From positions 124,001 to 188,000 of the forward strand of contig NIVC01001600.1 in assembly GCA_002269645.1 (NCBI GenBank): a stretch of 64,000 nt of DNA, written 5' to 3'. Both the position numbers and the translations under genes were made by a program. The notes under the pieces were generated by a model. The model searched no databases and was not told where the DNA came from. It worked only from the letters and a program-made list of their open reading frames with translations. The stretch is from Macrostomum lignano. Taxonomy: Eukaryota. How positions within the stretch are numbered: the first letter of the stretch is position 1; each line of letters opens with the position of its first letter. Shown here piece after piece: positions 1 to 13,514 of this stretch.

Positions 1-2943
1 TGCATTATTTATTGCCGATTGATGAACTTTAAAAAACCTTTCAAAGTGAAGCTGTTAAAATAGTCAAAACTTTTAGCCTTGCGCCATATCTCGTTTAATA
101 TACGCTGTTCACATGCGTGCCTTAATTTGGGCATTCAAAGTCTACTCAATCCAGAGCTAGTATCTTAATTATGTACTGAAATACCTGTTTTAATGTATAA
201 ATCGATTCCAGTACCGTAAACGGCAATTAAATCAGAATAAATTAGTAATGAGGAGTCCTACCACCAGTAATACGATCAACAAAAACATGTAAGTACATGT
301 ACATGTAACGTAATACGTAGTAGCGGGAGGGGAAGCAATTAGTAATCTGTTACAGAAAAAATTACCTAAAATTCATTATTCTTTCTATAATTTCTTTGTT
401 TCGTCAAATTAAAGGTATCAAAAAAGCACCATAATTCAAGTTGCCAGTGGTAAGTGGCGTATATATAACCAGGAATTCGGTTAGGAAGATCTGATCGGTT
501 TTCATATACGTGTGGATCCTGCAGCCTGGTAACGTACCAATAAAGGGTGCAGGGCTTGTATTCGGGAGAAAAGTTGCTTAGTCTCCCCTGTGGCTATTTT
601 TTCGGTGCGGCGACCCAGTTTTCCTCTGGCTGCGGCCAGAATGATAAATTGTGCATTTTATTGCATGCATATATTTAGTAATACATAACATTGTCTAATT
701 ATGGTAAACGCATGTGGACCTTCGATCAACTACTTTGAGAACTTAAATATCATACTTGAATTAACAAAGAGATATCGTTGCTTTTGCTTATCTATCTCTG
801 ATCTAATAAAAAACTAAAAATAAAGACAGATTTGTTTAGTATCTTAGAAGCATTGTTTTTTAAACATCTTTTTTATTGCACAATTTTTTCTTTTGTGTTG
901 CAATTTTCTAAGAACAGCCATGCCAAACCCAAAGATGACTTCGTCTTAAGTCTATTTAAGTCGTCCTTGGCCAAACCACAAATAGTTATTGGCTATATAA
1001 TTAGAATGCTGGTGTCTAGTGTTTCTCAATTGACTCAGTGAGAGACTAATACTTAGTTTTATATCGAATACAATATTTTTTTATAATGTCTGACTATAAA
1101 AGGCTAATAGTCCTAGACAATGTCGGAATAATCAAGTCTACACTGCTTAGGCAGGCTAGGCCTAACTTCTAACTATTTGTTAAGCCTGCTCAAATTGCTC
1201 AATTAACAATATGTTAGGCCTAACTAATATGAATAATTGTTGTTACTTGTATGTTTTACTTTAGATACATGTACTAATTCTAGTGTAAGTTTATGTAATA
1301 TTATTCCTATTGTCTTTTACCTATTGGGTAGAACCAGTAGATTATTGGGTCTATTACTTATCCTTGCAGCCCTTGTGGTCAGTAGTTTGGATTGTGTATT
1401 AGTGTATGCTAGGTGACAGGTCTGGTAGAGGAAAATTTATAAGACTGCATTTATATACCAGAACTAAAAATTGTTTTCAAGTATATATTTTGAAATTGTA
1501 TGCTTTTTAATATTTTATTCTTGAATTTATTATTTATGCAATGGCCTAACAAACTTAAAAATTATAGAGGGCCTATGGCTACACTCATACATGCGCAACC
1601 CCCCTGATTTACACTGGCCATGCGACTTACTTTTTGACCAAAAATGTGACTTACCTTTGAAAGAAACCCTAAAGCAAAATAAACGCTTATTTAGGTAAAC
1701 GGCAGGAGTAACTATGACTGTCTTATCAGGCCTAAATGCCTTGGCATCTAATTAGTACTACGTCCGTATTCTTTGGGGTGGCATTTTTGCAACTTACCCC
1801 TGGTCCACCACAATTTACGGTGGCCAGATTGGCCAGGTTGGCCAGCAGTTGCGCATGTATGGCTACACTTTTGCAACGTGCACTGAGAAAAGACAATCAA
1901 ATACCCTTAGTCTGCAGCCATAATCTAGATCATGCTGGGTGCACACCCAAACAAAAATTGAATAATTACAAATGTATACCAAAAAAATGTAGTGCATGCC
2001 CATTCTCAAAAATATGCTGGTGTTGTGACAATAAAACACCTTTTTACTTTTTGACAATAAAATACCTTTTTAAAATTGCCTAATAGACCTTTTTTCGGTA
2101 GTAATATTTATAGTAGAAAATTTATGCATGTAGATTTGTTTAAATGCTCTTTTACAAGCTTACAAAAAACAGAAAGCTGGAAATTTGCACTTGAAATGAA
2201 CTTTTTCATCTTTCTTCAACTTCACAATAACTCTTACATGTGATTCTATAAATTGCATGCCAGATATGCACGCATACTATTTTCTCAGGAGTGATGCATG
2301 CCAACCATGTACACCTAATTTTGGCATGCAAGGCCAATGTATGCCCCAATTTTCGGGCATTTACTACATGATCTAGAGTGTAGGTTTGCAGCTAGATAGG
2401 TCTTAGCTATTTTTTTCCAGTGCCCAATGGGTGCTTTGCTAAACCTTGTGCCAGCATCTATTTAATAATAATAATAATAATTGTGCTTTATATAGCCATT
2501 CTTTTACTAGGGCCTACTTAAATAAAATAAACTTGTTTAAAATGACTAAAAACCTTTTGGATAACTTTCTGAACCTTTTGAGACAAAAATCATTGAACTA
2601 TGGCCTTAGTCTTTTTAGCAGCTAAGCTGATTATAATCTATTCAATGTATGAATAACTGGGTACCTATAGACTCATATAAGCCCTCAACTTTTTTCTATG
2701 ATTTGGCTTGTTTTACTTTTGTATCCCAAGTCTAAGTTTTTTAGTTGTTTCTAGTCTTGCCCTTGCCTATTAATATTAGCCTAGTCTTTGGATTGTTTAC
2801 TATTGCATATAATATAAAAATTTGATGACAATGAAAGCTTGAGCAAAGGCAATAGTTTGCTGGCTTGAATATCTGAGCTTTTCAGAAGAAAAGAACTTAA
2901 GGAGTTAGAATATTTGGTCTTACATTTATTTATAGTTGTATTG

Positions 2944-3681
2944 TAGTGATGGATCAAAATTATTTTTCAAATCAAAATCAAAATCAAAATTTTTGGTTCC
3001 TTAGAATCGAAATTGAAATTAAAATCAAAATCAAAATCAAAATTTTTGAGCTTAACAAATTTTTACTTTTTCGCTAATCATGCAAAAAGGTTAACACCTT
3101 TCCTCTGCATATATGAGCTTACGTGTTTTATAAAAAGTATCTTTGATATGTTTAAACCAGAATACTTAAGATTTAACTTGCTTTAAAAAATGAAATAGAA
3201 AATGCTGGTGTATTATATATTATACAATCGTACATAGAAATATAGAAGTTGTATTATACTTCACCGCTGTTTAAGCTGAAGATCTAGATACGAGTAGCCT
3301 ATATCCATTTCATTAGGGCTTTAAGTCTTTAGCCAATTAAAATGCACACCGATGAGTTCAGCCAGTGGGCTTGTGGAGGTTGAGGTGGTTGCAGCACAAG
3401 GCCTGGAACAGTGTGTGCCCCACACAATCTTTTCTTGTAGAAAAGGCGATTCTCACCTCCCTACTAAGTCTTCAAACTGCACTTCCTTTGACTTCCTAAA
3501 GATATTATTACTTGTGTAGCATTATCATCAATGTCTAAATTGTTAAAATAAAACCAAAATTTCGAAATGATTTTTGATAAATGGTGTCAAAATTCAAAAT
3601 CAAAATCAAAATTAATTTGATGCAAAATTAGTTTCAAAATTTGGAATATCGAAATTGAAATCAAATTTCGATCCATCACTA
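2944..3681. mobile_element. Non-autonomous hAT-type MITE, 738 bp
   Basis: TIR TAGTGATGGATC(A/G)AAATT at 2944 and inverted at the end (GATCCATCACTA, 3670-3681). Perfect 8-bp TSD TTGTATTG at 2936-2943 and 3682-3689. Subterminal AAATCA repeats at both ends. An 8-bp TSD is typical of hAT elements. Confidence 0.85.
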
Positions 3682-4409
3682 TTGTATTGTATACAACCAG
3701 AATATTCTGAAAATTTCATTGATTAAAACAAAGTTTTTGCATCAGTACTAATATGTAATGCTATAGTAAAAATGCAATATTAAATTCAACTAATAAAAAT
3801 TCTCTAATCAGGATTTTAAAGTAAAATTAACACTTAATTGAATTTAGGAAATTTCTTGAATGAACTTAATCTTCACACTAAAAAAAGTATTTTCTAGAAG
3901 ATTCTATTCTAAAAATAAATCTAGCGTACATGTACTTTCTAAATGTGAAAACCCTTTTTGCGTGTGTACACTTTTCCAGTGTACACTAAAAATGCCTCTT
4001 TTGTTATGGTATATCAATGGTATGCCACCTTTTAAACAAAATCTTTACTATAACATCTTACAAAAAGCAACAATGTTATTCCAACAAATTTTAAACAGAT
4101 AAAAAATAAGGTTTATATTAAGTCCTTGATCCTTTATTTAAGTGTTTTTATATTGAAAATAAAAAACATTTATCTTAACTATAGCCTTCTCTAATTCTTA
4201 TCCCAATATGCATATAGTGTCAAACACAAAAAATAGTGTCAAACATATTTTTCTTTGTTGCTTAAGTTCCCAATTTTATCTAGGGACTTAAGAGCTTCTC
4301 TCATATCTTAAATTTAGCCAAAGCGACTTAACAAACTATTAGTATTACCAAAGTAAAAAGTAAGTAGTAGGCCTAGTGTAGCCCTACCTATCAGTATGGC
4401 TATGCCAAT

Positions 4410-4773
4410 GGGGGGGGCCGTAGCCCAATGGTCTAGCGCAAGCTCTGGTGTGCCAGCGACCCAGGCTCAATTCCAAGTGCAGTCACATTAATTTGAGGCC
4501 GAATTGGAATCTGGGCTTGGCTCTGCTCATGCAATTAACGGCCTTGAGAGCCAACCCCCCCCCCAAGGCACAGTGAAGTGTACATGCCTAACAATAAAAT
4601 AAAGTTAGGGCCACTGTACACTCCTGTGTGAGTGTGTGCCTGCATAAGTATCCTCGTGCTTGTGTGCCTACTCAGGGGAGTCAGCAGAATGAGCAGTAAT
4701 GCCTCTTGCTAGTTGTGTGCCCATATTGCTTAAAGTATGCCAGGGTGCACACAACCCCTGCCTCTAATAAAAA
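4410..4773 (+). mobile_element. tRNA-derived SINE (head resembles tRNA-His), 364 bp
   Basis: 14-bp TSD ATGGCTATGCCAAT at 4396-4409 and 4774-4787. Pol III A-box TAGCCCAATGG (4421-4431) and degenerate B-box GGCTCAATTCC (4464-4474). A-rich tail AATAAAAA. The head does not fold into an intact cloverleaf. Confidence 0.85.
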
Positions 4774-5655
4774 ATGGCTATGCCAATAGTAGGCTTAGAC
4801 ATTATTTCTAAACATGGTTATAGTTTGTCTTTAGATTGATTGTTAATTTTAAAATAACAAATTAATTATTAAATTTTTATATAATATATTATAGTGCCTA
4901 CTTAAATTTATTGCAAATTGTTTTACTTTTATGTCTATTGCCATTGGCATCTGTATAATAAAGGGTTTACAATGCACTTAGAATATAATCAAGTCATATA
5001 CTATGCTAAGGTTTCATATATATACAGTATATATCTTTTAGGCAAATTTGTTATAAAACAACATTGTCTTTTAAACCAACTTGTATATCCAGATATATGA
5101 TTTCTAGATATTTTTCAAATATGGTACAAGTTTGAAAGTCAGGCATAGCTAAAAAGTATAAATTCTTAAAACTAAGTTCAATAAAGTTCTATAAATAAAC
5201 AAGTTTGTCAAGGATAATATTTTATATTCAAATTTTAGGTACATAGTCATACAGCTATTTTTCTCTTATTTTTTTAACTATAATATCTATTTTTGGTGCA
5301 ATACTATTAACTAAAATTTCTGGTTTCTCTTTGGTTTTACATAGCTTTTATGGGCAAAAGCATAGAAACAGTCCATAGATAGTGTATAAATGACACAAAT
5401 AGCATATAGATTGCCTTCCAAAAAATATTCAAGTGCATGCTGTTATCTTCCTAACAAGGTAATAATATAGCTATCACTTATTACTAGGTCTCATATGTTT
5501 ATTGTACTAGGAGAATGGCTAAGACTGCATTTTTATCTTAACTTTAACCCTTATTATCCCAACTACAAAGCAGGTGTATAGTGTGGAAAATCTGTTATTT
5601 GAACTTTGAGTCCTTAATTCCAAGGGCTTAAAAGCTTCTCTAGGCCCCCTTTATA

Positions 5656-6129
5656 GGGCCATATGCAGAAAGCTCTGTCTAGGGTAGTCTGTTCTTGAAA
5701 AGCTAGTCTGGACTTGGATTTGGTATGCAGAAACACAAAGACTAGGCTACTATAGACAGAATGGGCCATATGCAGAAAGCTTACTCCAGATTAGCTAGTC
5801 TAGACTTGGGTAGTTCAGTCTATAGTCTATGGTCTAGCTAGCCTAGTTCTGTCTCTAGTAGACTGGTCTAACTTTGTGTTTCTGCATACCAAATCCAAGT
5901 CCAGACTAGCTTTTCAAGACCGGACTACCCTAGACAGAGCTTTCTGCATAACGGCCCAACTAGGATAGCTAGACCATAGACTATAGACTGAACTACCCAA
6001 GTCTGGACTAGCTAGTCTGGACTAAGCTTTCTGCATATGGCCCAACTAGGGTAGCTAGACCATAGACTATAGACTGAACTACCCAAGTCTTGACTAGCTA
6101 GTCTGGACTAAGCTTTCTGCATACGGCCC
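5656..6129. mobile_element. PIF/Harbinger-like MITE with nested internal TIR copies
   Basis: 19-bp TIR GGGCC(A/G)TATGCAGAAAGCT at both ends. 3-bp TSD ATA at 5653-5655 and 6130-6132. Extra TIR copies at 5763 (forward) and ending at 5957 and 6043 (reverse). Confidence 0.7.
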
Positions 6130-6495
6130 ATAGTCTCCAACTCTATGGACTTCAAAGCTTCAAACTCTGGCACTATAGTCAAGAAGATGGCACAGTACCA
6201 GATTTGGAAAAAATCTATATATTGTCTTCTGTGCACTATTTCTATGCTTATAAATTCTATCTAATAAAACACAGAAATTAACATTTTAGAACTGTAACCC
6301 ACATTAACAAACAAGTATATACTTTACAAAAAAAATAGCCAAAAAAGGTTTATGCCAATTGCATCAAGGCCCCTTGTATGCACCAGAATGTTCCATGCCC
6401 AAGGACATCCTTACTATAGCCTTGCATTAAAAATGAAAACATTTTAATCCTAATTAGATTAGATTCAAAAGTGCTTAATAACCCAAGGTGTCAAA

Positions 6496-9400
6496 ATGGG
6501 TCTCCAGCTTGCAGTGATGGACGACTCCAATGCTAGCAGCAGCTCTCCACCCCTGTCAAGCAAAGACCCGTCCGACTGCTTAGAGAAGGAGCGCTACGCC
6601 AGAGAGAGTCACTGTGAGATTGAGCGTCGCAGACGGAACAAAATGACGGCTTATATTAACGAACTGTGCGACATGGTGCCCAGTTGTACCAGTTTAGCTC
6701 GCAAGCCGGATAAACTCACTATTCTAAGAATGGCCGTCACCCATATGAAAGGTCTTAGAGGCGTTGGCAACACTGGCACAGGCGGCTCGGACGCTTATAA
6801 ACCATCGTTTCTCAGCGATCAAGAGTTGAAGCACCTCATACTGGAGGCGGCCGATGGCTTCCTGTTTGTTTGCCAATGCGACACTGGTCAGATTGTCTAC
6901 GTTAGCGACTCTGTAGGGCCCGTGCTAGGTTGCTCCCAGGCCGACTGGCTGCAGCGGAGTCTCTACGATCTGGTGCATCCCGACGACTGCGAACGGATTC
7001 GAGATCAATTGTCGCCCACCGATGCAGCTGGGGCAAGGATACTCGATCTCAAAACTGGCACCGTGAAGAAGGACGGCCATCACGGTTAGTGCTGGGTGAC
7101 TTTGTCGGTGTCAAATGGTGTCACCTTATGTGTCAGGTGGTGTCACCTCAGGAGTGTCAGATGGTGTCACTTCAGGAGTGTCAGGTGGTGTCACCTCAGG
7201 AGTGTCAGGTGGTGTCACCTCAGGAGTGTCAGGTGGTGTCACCTCAGGAGTGTCAGATGGTGTCACCTCAGGAGTGTCAGATGGTGTCACCTCAGGAGTG
7301 TCAGGTGGTGTCACCTCAGGAGTGTCAGGTGGTGTCACCTCAGGAGTGTCAGGTGGTGTCACCTCAGGAGTGTCAGATGGTGTCACCTCAGGAGTGTCAG
7401 ATGGTGTCACCTCAGGAGTGTCAGGTGGTGTCACCTCAGGAGTGTCAGGTGGTGTCACCTCAGGAGTGTCAGATGGTGTCACCTCAGGAGTGTCAGGTGG
7501 TGTCACCTCAGGAGTGTCAGATGGTGTCACCTCAGGATGGTGTCACATCAGGAGTGTCAGGTGGTGTCACCTTGAGTGTCAGGTGGTGTCACCTCAGGAG
7601 TGTCAGATGGTGTTACTTCAGGATGGTGTCACCTCAGGAGTGTCAGATAGTGTCACCTCAGTAGTGTCAGATAGTGTCGCCTCAGGAGTGTCAGATGGTG
7701 TCACCTCAGGAGTGTCAGATGGTGTCACCTCAGGAGTGTCAGGTGGTGTCACCTCAGGAGTGTCAGATGGTGTCACCTCAGGAGTGTCAGATGGTGTTAC
7801 TTCAGGAGTGTCAGGAGGTGTCACCTCAGGAGTGTCAGATGGTGTCACCTCAGGAGTGTCAGATGGTGTCACCTCAGGAGTGTCAGATGGTGTCACCTCA
7901 GGAGTGTCAGATGGTGTCACCTCAGGAGTGTCAGATGGTGTCACCTCAGGAGTGTCAGGTGGTGTCACCTCAGGAGTGTCAGATGGTGTCACCTCAGGAG
8001 TGTCAGATGGTGTCACCTCAGGAGTGTCAGATGGTGTCACCTCAGGATGGTGTCACATCAGGAGTGTCAGGTGGTGTCACCTCAGGATGGTGTCACATCA
8101 GGAGTGTCAGGTGGTGTCACCTTGAGTGTCAGGTGGTGTCACCTCAGGAGTGTCAGATGGTGTCACCTTGAGTGTCAGATGGTGTCACCTCAGGAGTGTC
8201 AGGTGGTGTCACCTTGAGTGTCAGGTGGTGTCACCTCAGGAGTGTCAGATGGTGTCACCTCAGGATGGTGTCACATCAGGAGTGTCAGGTGGTGTCACCT
8301 CAGGATGGTGTCACATCAGGAGTGTCAGGTGGTGTCACCTTGAGTGTCAGGTGGTGTCACCTCAGGAGTGTCAGATGGTGTCACCTCAGGATGGTGTCAC
8401 ATCAGGAGTGTCAGGTGGTGTCACCTCAGGATGGTGTCACATCAGGAGTGTCAGGTGGTGTCACCTTGAGTGTCAGGTGGTGTCACCTCAGGAGTGTCAG
8501 ATGGTGTCACCTTGAGTGTCAGATGGTGTCACCTCAGGAGTGTCAGGTGGTGTCACCTTGAGTGTCAGGTGGTGTCACCTCAGGAGTGTCAGATGGTGTC
8601 ACCTTGAGTGTCAGATGGTGTCACCTTGAGTGTCAGATGGTATAACATCAGGGATTTCAGATGGTGTCACCACAGAAGTTTCAACTGGTGTCACTTTCTG
8701 GATTTTAAAGTTGATGTTGGTTAACTCAAACATCTATGACCTCCACAATGCACCCTACACGCAGCCCCCCCCCCCCAACTATATTTGGCAGCCCAAATGC
8801 GCAGCACAATGGGCGCCAGGCGCGCTTTTATCTGCCGGATGCGCGTTGGCGCGGGCGGTCCCGCCGCAGCGGCCTCGGCCGGCGCGGTGAACAGCCTCTC
8901 TGATCCAATGTCGGCTGCGGCTTGTCCCCAGCAGTCCCTGCCGACTGTTCGCATGAGGCAGCGCAACATGCTCGGCCCCTGTCCAGACGGGCATCATTAC
9001 GCTGTTACTCACGTGACAGGCTATTTGAAGAATTGGCCAAGTCATCAGCATCAGCAGCGGGTAAAATATAGTTCCAAGAAAGCTTAGCCTTAATCTGTTT
9101 TCTGCTTTAAGTTTCTTTTATAAATATAGATTTTCTTGAAAATTACGTGTCAATCTCCAAGAAACTTGGATTTAGTTTTCAAAAGTAACTCGCTGTTGTT
9201 TTCCAATAAGCTCCTGTTTCGGTTTCTAAGAAAACCGAGTTTCTGTTTCTATGAAAATCTAGTGTCGCTTTCTAAGAAAATCTAGTGTCGCTTTCTAAGA
9301 AAATCGTGTTTTAATACCTAAGAAACTCGAGTGCCGGTCTCTAAGAAAAATAACGTCTCGGTTTCCAAGAAACTTGTGTCGGTTTCTAAGAAAATCGAGT

Positions 9401-11914
9401 GTCGGTTTCTAAGAAGTGTCTCGTTTTCCAAGAAAAATTTGGCTGTTTCTAAGAAAATCGGGTCTCGGTTTCCAAAAATGCGTTTTCTGATTTCTGAGAA
9501 AATCGAATGTCGATTTCTAAGAAAATTGCGTGTAAGCTTCTAATAAACTGATTTAATTTTCCTCGGCACAAACAGGGCAACGTACACGCGCCCATGGCGG
9601 AGGACGTGCACCAGCTTCATCATCAGCATCAGCACTATCAGCAGCTTCACCAGCACCCTCATTCTGCCGGCTCGTCGGCATCGACATCCGGAGAATCAAC
9701 CGTCGGCGGCGGCGTCGGAAGCGGCAGCGGCGGAGCAGGCGGGCATCAGTGCCTGGTTGGCATTGCCAGGCTGCAGGTTAGCAACACTACTACTAATTAG
9801 TAATAATTAATAACTAATAATAAATAAATAATAGACGGGCCGTTCATCTCGCTACCGCTGTGTCAGGTTACGTCACTCCCTGGCGGTCCCGGAGGCAGCG
9901 GCAGCGACCTGAGCGCGCACAGTCAGCACGAGTTCGTGGCCAGGCTGTCTGCCGACTCCCGCATCAGCTTCTGCGACCAGCGCACGGCTAACGTGTTGGG
10001 CTACCAGCCGCACGAGTTGCTGGGCAAATTGTTCTTTGATTTGGTGAGTTTAAGTAGCTTTTGAAAGGCTACTGGTGTCGCTTAAGGATACAGAATAAAA
10101 GTACTTTTTTAAACCCTAACCCACTTTTTTTAACTTTAATAACACTAACAAACCTTTTTGGTTTGTTAAAGTTAACACGAGCCCTAATCACCATAACACC
10201 AACCCGAATCACCATAGCACCAACTCTAATCACCATAACACCAACCCGGATCACCATAACACCAACCCTAATCGCCATAACACCAACCCGAATCACCATA
10301 ACACCAACCCGAATCACCATAACACCAACTCTAATCGCCATAACACCAACCCGAATCACCATAACACCAACTCTAATCACCATAACACCAACCCCAATCA
10401 CCATAACACCAACCCGAATCACCATAACACCAACTCTAATCGCCATAACACCAACCCGAATCACCATAACACCAACTCTAATCACCATAACACCAACCCG
10501 AATCACCATAACACCAACCCGAATCACCATAGCACCAACTCTAATCACCATAACACCAACCCGAATCACCATAACACCAACCCTAATCACCATAACACCA
10601 ACCCGGATCACCATAACACCAACCCTAATCGCCATAACACCAACCCGAATCACCATAACACCAACCCTAATCACCATAACACCAACTCTAATCACCATAA
10701 CACCAACCCGGATCACCATAACACGAACCCTAATCACCATAACACCAACCCGAATCACCATAACACCAACCCTAATCACCATAACACCAACTCTAATCAC
10801 CATAACACCAACCCGGATCACCATAACACCAACCCTAATCGCCATAACACCAACCCGAATCACCATAACACCAACCCTAATCACCATAACACCAACTCTA
10901 ATCACCATAACACCAACCCGGATCACCATAACACCAACCCCAATCACCATAACACCAACCTTAATCACCATAACACCAACCCTAATCACCATAACACCAA
11001 CCCTAATCACCATAACACCAACCCCAATCACCATAACACCAACCCGGATTACCATAACACCAATCTTAATCACCATAACACCAACCCCAATCACCATAAC
11101 ACCAACCCCAATCACCATAACACCAACCCTAATCACCATAACACCAACCCCAATCACCATAACACCAACCCTAATCACCATAACACCAACCCCAATCACC
11201 ATAACACCAACCCCAATCACCATAACACCAACCTCAATCACCATAACACCAATCTTAATAAGCATAACACCAACCCGAATCACCATAACCTCCAATCCCA
11301 CCCAGGTGGCCACGCCCGAGGAGCAAGCGGCGCTCAGGTCAGCATTTGACTCGGCCGCCTCCGCCAAAGGCGCACCCCAGACAGCTCTGGTCCGCCTTAC
11401 TACTGGTGCCAACCAGACTGAACCGGTTCTGCTCCGCTGCTGCCTGGCAGCATTTCACAATCCTTACTCCGGCGAGTTCGAGTTCTTTGTCTGCACCTGT
11501 ACATCGGCTAAGAGCTTGCACGATGCTCAGCAGGCGGCAGCTAATCAGTTCTACAGTTACGAGTCTTCTGCTTCTGCTGCTCCAACGAACGCAACCGATG
11601 AGACAACGCCTGTGGCTCAACAAGCCGCTGGTTCCAGTCAGCAGATTGTGTCCGACAATAATTCCATGTGGTTTAGCAGCAGTGCCACCGAAGATTATTG
11701 TTGGACATCTGCTTCTTATCAGCCCTACCAGCAGCAGCTTCAGCCCCAGCCTGGTGAATTTCATCATCCTGACGATCGACAGCTGATGCTTATGCAGCAG
11801 CAGCAGCAACATCATGAGTATTACACAGCTGCCTATGGTCACAGTATGCCAATGATGATGTCCTATCAACAGCATCAGCAGCATTCCGCTGGCACTGATC
11901 CTTCCTTGCCCTAG
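6496..11914 (+). CDS. ARNT: Aryl hydrocarbon receptor nuclear translocator (ARNT/tango), bHLH-PAS; exons 6496-7084, 8792-9060, 9576-9776, 9867-10043, 11306-11914 (1845 nt, 614 aa)
   Basis: b[69 protein letters not shown]...DLVHPDD and [20 protein letters not shown] precedes [14 protein letters not shown]...[14 protein letters not shown]. All four introns are GT-AG with matching phases. The true start could be further upstream, since CTCCAG at 6502-6507 could be an acceptor. Confidence 0.93.
7090..8690. repeat. 24-bp minisatellite GGTGTCACCTCAGGAGTGTCAG(A/G)T in ARNT intron 1
   Basis: Directly visible tandem array with degenerate edges; accounts for the [23 protein letters not shown] ORFs. 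Confidence 0.97.
9225..9530. repeat. Degenerate ~22-bp repeat (TTTCTAAGAAAATCGAGTGTCGG-like) in ARNT intron 2
   Basis: Recurring TTTCTAAGAAAA core with diverged spacers. Confidence 0.7.
10180..11290. repeat. 21-bp minisatellite ATCACCATAACACCAACCC(G/T)A in ARNT intron 4
   Basis: Tandem array; gives the [14 protein letters not shown] pseudo-ORFs. Confidence 0.97.
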
Positions 11915-11999
11915 TAGATTTTGTAGCCTCTACCGCCACCAATTCCTGCCCTTTTTTAACTCGCTAAGTGCCATTTTTAAGTGGCTATCTTGTTGTCAT

Positions 12000-13050
12000 T
12001 TTGAACTTAACTCTGTCATTTTGACTCCTCTATCTATCCCTGCCATTTTGCATCCTCTATCTGTCCCTGTCATTTTGACTCCTCTATCTGTCCCTGCCAT
12101 TTTGACTCCTCTATCTATCCCTGCCATTTTGCATCCTCTATCTGTCCCTGCCATTTTGACTCCTCTATCTATCCCTGCCATTTTGACTCCTCTATCTGTC
12201 CCTGCCATTTTGACTCCTCTATCTATCCCTGCCATTTTGCATCCTCTATCTGTCCCTGCCATTTTGACTCCTCTATCTATCCCTGCCATTTTGACTCCTC
12301 TATCTGTCCCTGCCATTTTGACTCCTCTATCTATCCCTGCCATTTTGAATCCTGTATCTATCCCTGCCATTTTGACTCCTCTATCTGTCCCTGCCATTTT
12401 GACTCCTCTATCTATCCCTGCCATTTTGACTCCTCTATCTATCCCTGCCATTTTGACTCCTCTATCTGTCCCTGCCATTTTGACTCCTCTATCTATCCCT
12501 GCCATTTTGACTCCTCTATCTATCTCTGCCATTTTGAATCCTCTATCTATCCCTGCCATTTTGACTCCTCTATCTGTCCCTGCCATTTTGACTCCTCTAT
12601 CTATCCCTGCCATTTTGAATCCTCTATCTATCCCTGTCATTTTGAATCCTCTATCTATCCCTGCCATTTTGAATCCTCTATCTATCCCTGCCATTTTGAA
12701 TCCTCTATCTGTCCCTGCCATTTTGACTCCTCTATCTATCCCTGCCATTTTGAATCCTCTATCTATCCCTGCCATTTTGAATCCTCTATCTATCCCTGCC
12801 ATTTTGAATCCTCTATCTATCCCTGTCATTTTGAATCCTCTATCTATCCCTGCCATTTTGAATCCTCTATCTATCCCTGCCATTTTGAATCCTCTATCTA
12901 TCCCTGCCATTTTGACTCCTCTATCTGTCCCTGCCATTGTGACTCCTCTATCTATCCCTGCCATTTTGAATCCTCTATCTATCCCTGCCATTGTGACTCC
13001 TCTATCTATCCCTGCCATTGTGACTCCTCTATCTATCCCTGCCATTTTGA
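12000..13050. repeat. 27-bp minisatellite CCCTGCCATTTTGA(C/A)TCCTCTATCT(A/G)T downstream of the ARNT stop
   Basis: Tandem array of about 39 copies. The first AATAAA after the ARNT stop is at 13079-13084. Confidence 0.97.
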
Positions 13051-13514
13051 GGCAAGATAGTTCAATGATACAGCAGCTAATAAACAGCCCGCTTGACTTC
13101 TGGTTCATTGTTAATAAGCTGCTTTGCTTTTTGTTTGTAGATTATTGAAACTATAATTTTGTGTTTTTTCCTGTCTGGCTTAGCAATGAATGTCTGTTAA
13201 TCTAATTTAAGTTCGTGTTTCAGCGAAGGAATTGTGCAATAATTTAATATTCATATTTCTATTGTGGTACTGTAGTATTTGTATAAACAATGCTATTATA
13301 TAACTGTCAATCTAGTCATGCAAGCCTACTAATTGTTATTTAATATGTGCAATTAATTTTATTTACAATTATTGATATTATGCAATTCAGTTAGTGCAAT
13401 TTGTTTTAATTGTATTTTTTCAATGTTTCTTAGTGCGAATGTTGCAATGAAATATAAACATATTATTTGGCTTGCTCAATGCGTTTTAGTATTGTGATTT
13501 AAAAAGATTATTGG

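Noticed and set aside
4410-4486. Possible functional tRNA gene
   Set aside because: The acceptor and anticodon stems do not pair properly, the B-box is degenerate, and it is the head of a TSD-flanked SINE.
10061-11305. 617-aa ORF with ITITPTR repeats fused to the ARNT C-terminus (mucin-like)
   Set aside because: The repeat part is ARNT intron 4 (GT 10044, AG 11305). It lacks stops only because the unit is 21 bp. Retaining the intron gives a stop shortly after the donor.
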